Below are positions 54,770-64,000 of a stretch of 64,000 bases of DNA, piece after piece. Origin of the DNA: Eledone cirrhosa (lineage: Eukaryota). Positions within the stretch are counted from its first letter, which is position 1. Every line of letters starts with the position of its first letter. Made by a program: the position numbers and the translations under genes. Below the pieces are notes generated by a model. The model saw only the letters and a list, made by a program, of their open reading frames with translations. It made no database searches and had not been told where the DNA came from. The stretch covers positions 5,952,001 through 6,016,000 of the forward strand of contig OZ024763.1 of NCBI GenBank assembly GCA_964016885.1, given 5' to 3'.

Positions 54770-56315
54770 ACAAACACCACTACAACTACAACTACTACTA
54801 CAGCTATCACTACAAATACTACTACAACTACCACTACTACTACAACTGCCACTACAACAACTACAACTGCCACTACTACTACAACTGCCACTACAACAAC
54901 AACTACAACTGCCACTACCACTATAACTGCCACCACAACTACAACAACAACAACAACAGTTGTTATACAATAAGTAAATAACTCCATGTGGAAGTCACGT
55001 GGTGTAGACACATCATTGGCTGATACATAACTGGACTACTGCTACTACTACTGCTGCTGCTACTACTACTGCTGCTACTACTACTGTTACTACTACCACT
55101 ACTACTACTACTGTTACTACTACTACCACCACTACTACTACTACTGTTACTACTACTACTACCACCACTACTACTACTGTTACCATCACCACCACCACCA
55201 CCACACAGCACCACTACCACCATCACACACACTACCACCAACACCACCACCATCATCACCACCATCACACACACTACCACCACCACCACCACCACCACTA
55301 CCACCATCACACACACTATCACCAACACCACCACCATCACACACACTACTACTACCACCACTACTACTACTCTTACCACTACTACTGCTGCTGCTGCTGC
55401 TACTATTACTAATACTACCACTACTACCACTACTACTATTACAACTACTACCACCTCCACCACCACTATTTCCAACTACTGCTTACAAGCAGCAGAGCCA
55501 ACAAAGTGCACTGCACCTGCACACTTACTGCACCCAAAGACACTTCTAACATCCCGCCTCTTGCACATACACCACCCCCACAGATATTACCACCATCACC
55601 AACGCCACACAGCACCACCATCACACACACTACCACCATCACCACCACCAACACCACACAGCACCACCATCACACATACTACCACCATCACCACCACCAA
55701 CACCACACAGCACCACCAACACCACACAGCACCACCATCACACAGCACCACCACCACCATCACACACACTACCACCATCACCACCACAACAACACCACAC
55801 AGCACCACTACCACCATCACCACTACCACCATCACACACACTACCACCACCACCACCATCACCACACACACTACCACCACCAACACCACCACCACCACCA
55901 CACACACTACCGCCACCAACACCACCACCATCACACACAGTACCACCACCACCACCAACAACAACAACACCACACAGCACCACCACCACCACCAACACTA
56001 CCACCATCACACAGTACCACCACCACCACCAACAACAACACCACACAGCACCACCAACACCACACAGCACGACCACCACCATCACCATCATCACACACAC
56101 TACCACCATCACCAACATCACCAACAACACCACACAGCACCACCAACACCACACAGCACCACCACCACCATCACCACCATCACACACACTACCACCATCA
56201 CCAACATCACCAACAACACCACACAGCACCACCAACACCACACAGCACCACCACTACCACCATCACACACAGACACCACCACCACCACCACAAACAACAT
56301 CATCATCACCACAAC
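54770..56315. repeat. (CTA)n/(CAC)n/(ACAC)-rich low-complexity block
   Basis: Directly visible. Confidence 0.9.
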
Positions 56316-56556
56316 ATGGACAGGGTGAACAGGTACGTATTACAGTTCAAATGTTACAACACAGACCACCTCCACCACACCACTTCCTCAGAACAGTAAA
56401 GATGGCAGTGTGTCCAGTCAAAAGATTATATCTTGTGTAAATATATATAATACAATGTGTAAATACAGGGATTATGGTAAGACTGTGTTTTCAAAAGAAG
56501 CAGAAAGGGAATATATATATTGTATGTATATATATATATATATAGATGGAGGCACA

Positions 56557-56893
56557 TGGCTTAGTGGTTAGAGCATTGGCCTTGCAATCGAAAGGTTGTG
56601 AGTTCAATTCTCAGACCGGGTGATGTGTTGTTTCCTTGAGCAAGACACTTTATTTCACATTGCTCCAGTTTACTCAGCTGTAGAAATGAGATGATAGGGA
56701 CAGGGGTCCCTATCATTCCACTGCAAAGTGGTTGTGGAGGTGCCACAGCAAAAAAGCACCCAGCACTCACTGTAAATGAGGTTGGTGTTAGGAAGGGCAT
56801 CCAGCTGTAGAAATCAAGCCAGAATCAGTTCCCGTCCCACCCTTGCAAGCAGGGAAAAAGCGGATGTAAAATGAAATGATGATGATGATGATG
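56557..56893 (+). mobile_element. SINE with tRNA-like head and RTE-type (GAT)n tail
   Basis: Near-identical to 27262-27584. Confidence 0.85.
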
Positions 56894-57061
56894 ATATATA
56901 TATATTCATATATATATATATATATATATATACGTGTGGGTATGTGTGTGTATATATATATATATATATCAGATAGGATCTGGTAAAAACCAGGTAGACC
57001 ATAAGTACTCAATACTTGGGGTCCTGAGTCTTTTCATATATATGTGTGTATTTGTGTGTGC

Positions 57062-57129
<68 letters not shown>

Positions 57130-57589
57130 ATATATTTATATATATAGATATATATATATATTTAGCTCTGTTTCTCGACCGTTATATCGCGTGACTGTCT
57201 CCCCCTCCGCCTTTTGGGATTCTTTCTCACGTCGTGTAGACGCGTTCTTGAGACTAGTAAAATGAGGTATCCTCTTGATAAGTCGGCAGACCTCGCAAGG
57301 ACTCTATATCTTTGATATATTGTTTTTGTTTATGCCACGAAACTACGTAGTCGAGGAATTTAGGAACAGTTTAGGTATGATACATTTTATTACTAATTAT
57401 ATCTAAATGTTTCTTCTCTCTTCATAATGTATTTTTAACTCTGATACTGGTTCAGTCTGGTTCAAACTGAATTGGTCTGTCCCAGTCATTCATTGAGCAA
57501 CATCGGTGAAGTTGGCACCCTTAACTCACAGTTGGGTGCGGATGCATTCATGTATATATGTGTGTGTCCGCATGTATCTGTGTGTTTCT

Positions 57590-58590
<1,001 letters not shown>

Positions 58591-59151
58591 TGTGTCTGTA
58601 ACTACGGTTACAGGCGGTTTGTTGAAACAATTGTAATATGTTAATAAAGTATATATATATATGCTGCAACACTGACTTCGATCCTACTTACTTTTATATA
58701 CACACACACACATACACACATACACATATATATACAGTTGTCCCCCGGTATTTGGGGGGGGGGGGTATATTCCTAGAACAGCTACAAAGAGTGAAAAAGC
58801 GTGAATATTGGACGTGGTCCATAAAAATGCCTATAAACGTCAAAATATAAGGTAAAAAATATAATAAAAAAAAGAGGAGGCATCTTATGTGAAGGAGCGT
58901 CCAATAGGCCAGCAAGTACACTATTTTGTTATTAATAATTTAGCATTAAAAAAATATATATTGTTGTAGTGCACCTGAGCACTGTACACAATAATTTCAT
59001 TATCCAAAAAAGCCATTAAAAAATTGTGGAAGATATTTACGATTCCTGGAATATGTGGTGGTTCCCACAATCAATTATTAGTTAGGTTATAAGGAAAATT
59101 CCACGAATAACCGGGACTGTGAATGCTTGGTGCCCTGAATGTCGGGAGTAC

Positions 59152-59216
<65 letters not shown>

Positions 59217-59220
<4 letters not shown>

Positions 59221-59380
59221 AACAAGTAAGACCCCGACGGCTGAGCTCAAGCCGTTTCGACGGCTAATTCTGTACTGAATGAAAAATTAATTCTGGTATT
59301 TAAATAGCCGAACTTATCAAGGGGTAATTGAGTACTTTGGTGCGTTATGGTCCACCTGGTTCCTTACCACATTTCCTTTG

Positions 59381-59417
<37 letters not shown>

Positions 59418-59577
59418 AACAAGTAAGACCCCGACGGCTGAGCTCAAGCCGTTTCGACGGCTAATTCTGTACTGAATGAAAAATTAATTCTGGTATTTAA
59501 ATAGCCGAACTTATCAAGGGGTAATTGAGTACTTTGGTGCGTTATGGTCCACCTGGTTCCTTACCACATTTCCTTTG

Positions 59578-59616
<39 letters not shown>

Positions 59617-59780
59617 AACAAGTAAGACCCCGACGGCTGAGCTCAAGCCGTTTCGACGGCTAATTCTGTACTGAATGAAAAATTAATTCTGGTATTTAAA
59701 TAGCCGAACTTATCAAGGGGTAATTGAGTACTTTGGTGCGTTATGGTCCACCTGGTTCCTTACCACATTTCCTTTGTTAT
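59217..59780. repeat. Three identical ~165-bp units separated by (TA)n
   Basis: aggaacaagtaagaccccgacggctgagctc…ccacatttcctttgt starting at ~59218, 59415 and 59614. Confidence 0.95.
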
Positions 59781-60029
59781 ATATATATATATATATATAT
59801 ATAACAAAATTTAATATAGAAATGGCTTCTACAGGACAAGAATTGTTTCATTTGAAGGAAATCATCAGAATAAATGTTGTTGCATACACTCTATTCATAT
59901 ATTGAGTACCTTACTTAGTGTGGTTACCCCTGATTGAACCTGGGACTCACATATACATATACATATATATATATATATATATATATCCATGTAGGGGCTC
60001 CCAAAGGAGCACTGAGTGCAATGTCAACT

Positions 60030-60205
60030 CTGGATGTCAACTTTGGGAGCCCCTACATGGACACACTAGAAGAGGAAGACCAAGGTTAACGTATGTTGAT
60101 GCCCTAAGGACAGACACTGGTCTGTTGGAGACGCAGCGATAATGAGGGACAGAGACCGCTGGAGAGAATTCGTCCATGGATCTCGGGAATTTTACCCGCC
60201 TTAGA
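60030..60205 (+). mobile_element. RTE-type LINE 3' fragment
   Basis: LWEPLHGHTRRGRPRLTYVDALRTDTGL…DRDRWRE. Confidence 0.65.
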
Positions 60206-60212
60206 ATAGAAA

Positions 60213-60246
<34 letters not shown>

Positions 60247-60346
60247 GGGTACACTATATATATATATATTATATATGGGGGAGTACGTAAATATATGTAT
60301 ATGTTAAGAATATGTCCAGTCAAAAAGCACAGAGAGAGAGGTAGAA

Positions 60347-60402
<56 letters not shown>

Positions 60403-60760
60403 TGCCAATCCACTCTCCCTGTAGGACACAGAATAATGTACAAATGTCAGGAAAGTGAAGAGAAATTATTATTTATTCTTTCATTTTTTTCGCACCCCAA
60501 CAAAACCACTTCAAACAACAACACAACAACTATAGCACTACCACCACCACCACAACAACAACAACACCACCACCAACAACACAACAACTATAGCACTACC
60601 ACCACCACCACAACAACAACAACACTACCACCAACAACACAACAACTATAGCACTACCACCACCACCACAACAACAACAACACTACCACCAACAACACAA
60701 CAACTATAGCACTACCACCACCGCCACAACAACAGCACCACCACCACCAACAACAACAGC

Positions 60761-60791
<31 letters not shown>

Positions 60792-62774
60792 GCACCACCA
60801 CCAACAACAACAACAGCACCACCAGCACCACCAACAACACCACCACCACCAACAACAACAACAGCACCACCACCAACAACAACAACAACAACAGCACCAC
60901 CACCAACAACAACAACAACAGCACCACCACCACCAACAACAACAACAACAGCAGCAGCAGCAATAGCAACAACAACATCAACAACACCAACACCACCACC
61001 ACCAACACCAACACCACCACCACCCCCCACCACTATCATCACCATCATCATTAAGACTACCGTCATTGTGACTATGATACCACCTTGGGAAATGACGCAT
61101 CTATATCATCATCATCATCATTTTATGTGTACTTTTCCATGATTGCATATGTGTGTGTGTGTGTGTGTATATATATATGTGTGCATGTATATATGTATGT
61201 GTGTATGAATATATATGTGTGCATGTATATATATGTATGTGTGTATATATGTGTGTATATATATATGTGTGTGTATATGTGTGTGTGTATATATGTCTAT
61301 GTGTGTATATATATATATGTGTGTGTGCACATATATATGCATGTGTGTGTGTATATATATATATATATATGTATATGTGTGTGTGTGTGTGTATATGTGT
61401 GTGTGCGTGTGCATGTGTATATATATATGTGTGTGTATGTGTGTGTGTGTGTGTGTGTGTGTATGTATATATGTATGTGTGTATATATGTGTACATATAT
61501 ATGTGTATATATATATATGTGTATATATATATGTGTGTGTGTATATATATGTGTGTATATATATATATATGTGTGTGTGCATGCATATATGTGTGTATAT
61601 ATATATATGTGTGTGTGTGTGTATGTATATGTGTGTATATATATGTGTATATATATATATATATGTGTGTATATATATATGTGTATATATATATGTGTGT
61701 GCATTTATATGTGTGTATATATATATATATATATGTGTGTGCATGTATAGATGTGTGTGTATATATGTGTGTGTATATATATGTGTGTGTGTGCATGTAT
61801 ATATGTGTGTATATGTATGTGTGTGTGTATATATGAGTGTGTATATATATGTGTGTGTGCATGTATATATGTATCTGTGTATTGTACACTTCCATAGCCT
61901 ACCCATTGGACTTACAATTAAATATAGCCATGAAGAAAAACCATGATTTATCTCAAATGTTTTGCTCTATTAAGTTCCATAACAAAGAAAACACAATCTC
62001 TGTTTAATTGTCACAATTTCTAAACTAGAATATTTCCACATTTTATGTAAAACTTTTTCTATTTATAGACACTCTTGTCACGTCTCCATGGGAAATAGTT
62101 TCAAATATCTGTCACAAAAACTTCAATATATATCATCATCATCGTCATCAACATCATCATTGTCGTCTTTGTCACAGTTTAACCCTTCACCATTTACATT
62201 ACTCTATATCTACTATTGTGTTTTCATTAAACACTTTATCTCACATAATTATCTCATATAATATTGAAGAGATTAATGTTATTTTAATATTATTTATTTT
62301 GAGAACGGCGGTGGATTGGCAGTATCGGTGGAGGGTCGGACGCCATGCTTTCCAGCATAGTTACGTCCCTCTACGATCTGAGTTCAAATCCCGCCGAGGT
62401 TGACTTTGCCTTTCATCCTTGCGGGGTCGATAAAATAAAGTACCAGTAATGTACTGGGTAATTGCTGGCCTTGTGCCAAAGGTAGAAACAATTATTTATT
62501 TTGAGAACAATATCTCATCATCGATATGAATGACCAGTTATGGCTGGTTTGAAGAGAGAGAGGTGAGAGAATTCTGGCTGGATATGACCGGTTTAAATGC
62601 TAAAGGGTTTAATGGTCATTCTTTGTAAAACAGGATTATTGCCCGTTAGAATCCCCTAGTCTATTTTACTAAAAAAGGTTTGTTTTTTTCCATCCCTTCC
62701 TCTTCTCTCTCGCCCCTATTTTTCTATTTAATCTTTTATTTCTCATTCTTTCTTCTGATGCAGGATTAGTATCC

Positions 62775-62969
62775 GGCCTCCATGCTTACCGAGATTCGCC
62801 AACACTACACCTAATGTTCCCCCTCCATACACATACACACATGTATATCATGACTCATACACTATTCACTTCCCTGACATTTCTGTATTATTCTATGTAC
62901 TATACATACACCTTTGACGAGTTGTAGTGCACCTGAGCACTTTACACAATCATTTCATTGTTATTATTT
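62775..62969 (+). mobile_element. Short CR1 3' end inserted into a hammerhead-bearing repeat
   Basis: ggcctccatgcttaccgagattcgccaac…gacgagttgtagtgcacctgagcactttacacaat matches the reverse complement of 39290-39430. Confidence 0.8.
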
Positions 62970-63318
62970 TTGAAACGTTAAGACTTTCCCTCCTATATCA
63001 AGCGTTAAACTAATATATTTCTTCACTGTACTGTGTTGTTAGACATGTTGTCCTGACATTGTAAGACAAGTGACATCAGGGTGATCATGTCTTGCTCACA
63101 CAGTCACACACAACTGTTTCTGGCATGGTTTCTACAGCTGGATGCCCTTCCTAATGCCAACCACATATATATAGTCTAAGTCATGCAAGTGTGGCAACAT
63201 TGACATTAAATGGTGATATACTCAATACACACAAGCTTTTTCTCAAAACCATTTTTTCCATCCCTTCCTCTTCCCACTCTCCTCTATTTTTCCATTTCAT
63301 ATTTTATCTCTCATTCTA

Positions 63319-63354
63319 TCTTCTGATGAAGGACTAGTGTCTGAAACGCAAAGA
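63319..63354 (+). ncRNA. Degenerate minimal hammerhead motif (same family)
   Basis: tctt CTGATGA a ggac tagt gtct GAAA cgca aaga; the cleavage triplet is mutated. Confidence 0.45.
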
Positions 63355-63667
63355 TTCTTTTCCTACTATATCAAGCATTAAACTAATATATTTTTTCATT
63401 GTAATGTGTTGTTTGCTTTGTTGTTTCTGTTTACTTTTTGCATATATATATATATATATATATATATAGTTCAAGGAAACAACAAACAGAGGTACAAAAA
63501 GTCTTATTAGTTTCACGCTTGATATTGGAAAGAGGAAAGAAAGTTTGATGTGTCGGGTTTTAGCCCTTCTTCGGGAGTTCAAAATAGAGATGGGATCGCA
63601 ATGAGGAAACAGGAAAAAGGTCTGAGTAAAGAAAAAAATTTGAAAATAAATGCATACATATATATAA

Positions 63668-63701
<34 letters not shown>

Positions 63702-63773
63702 TTACATATATATATATTTACATATATATATATATTTACATATATATATATATATATGTGTATATATATTTAC

Positions 63774-63804
<31 letters not shown>

Positions 63805-64000
63805 CACACATATATATATATATATATAATATGTATATATGGAATTTTGGGTGGAAGAAAGTTGATTATAACCCCCAGTACTTGACTGGTACATTATTTT
63901 CTTAACCCCCCACCCCCATCCAAGAGGATGAAAGGCAAAGTTGACCTTGGTGGGATTTGAACTCAAAATATTCTGACCAAAATACATGGAGATAAGTATT

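Noticed and set aside
58733-59155. Possible Tigger/pogo-like MITE
   Set aside because: The cagttgtccccc start is suggestive, but I could not confidently match a second TIR.

Overview
Eukaryotic, AT-rich, microsatellite-dense genomic DNA. The repeat landscape (tRNA-like SINEs, RTE/CR1/Tx1 LINE fragments, (TA)n/(CA)n/(CAC)n tracts) suggests a coleoid cephalopod such as Octopus; this is inference. Nearly all ORFs in the supplied track are low-complexity artefacts. The real gene is on the minus strand: a BICD-family-like dynein cargo adaptor (BICDL1/CCDC64/BICDR-like). I traced seven GT-AG-bounded, phase-0 coding exons by hand (42148-41933, 40838-40725, 19526-19380, 18838-18653, 8945-8769, 5577-5341, 1829-1638); the C-terminus lies beyond the left edge of the window. 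About 3 kb upstream is a 265-codon ATG-initiated exon (46056-45262) encoding an acidic region and a CxxC-x50-CxxC ZAD-like zinc domain. It ends in a phase-0 donor that joins the adaptor in frame (…QLQIRIK|ELEQERHAL…), predicting a ZAD-BICDR fusion that lacks the canonical dynein-binding CC1-box N-terminus. The introns and flanks also contain a 28S rRNA-RTE chimeric retrocopy, minimal hammerhead ribozyme motifs in a Penelope-like repeat family, several long fold-back hairpins, a 79-bp SINE-related satellite, Helitron and mariner remnants, and minisatellites next to almost every exon.
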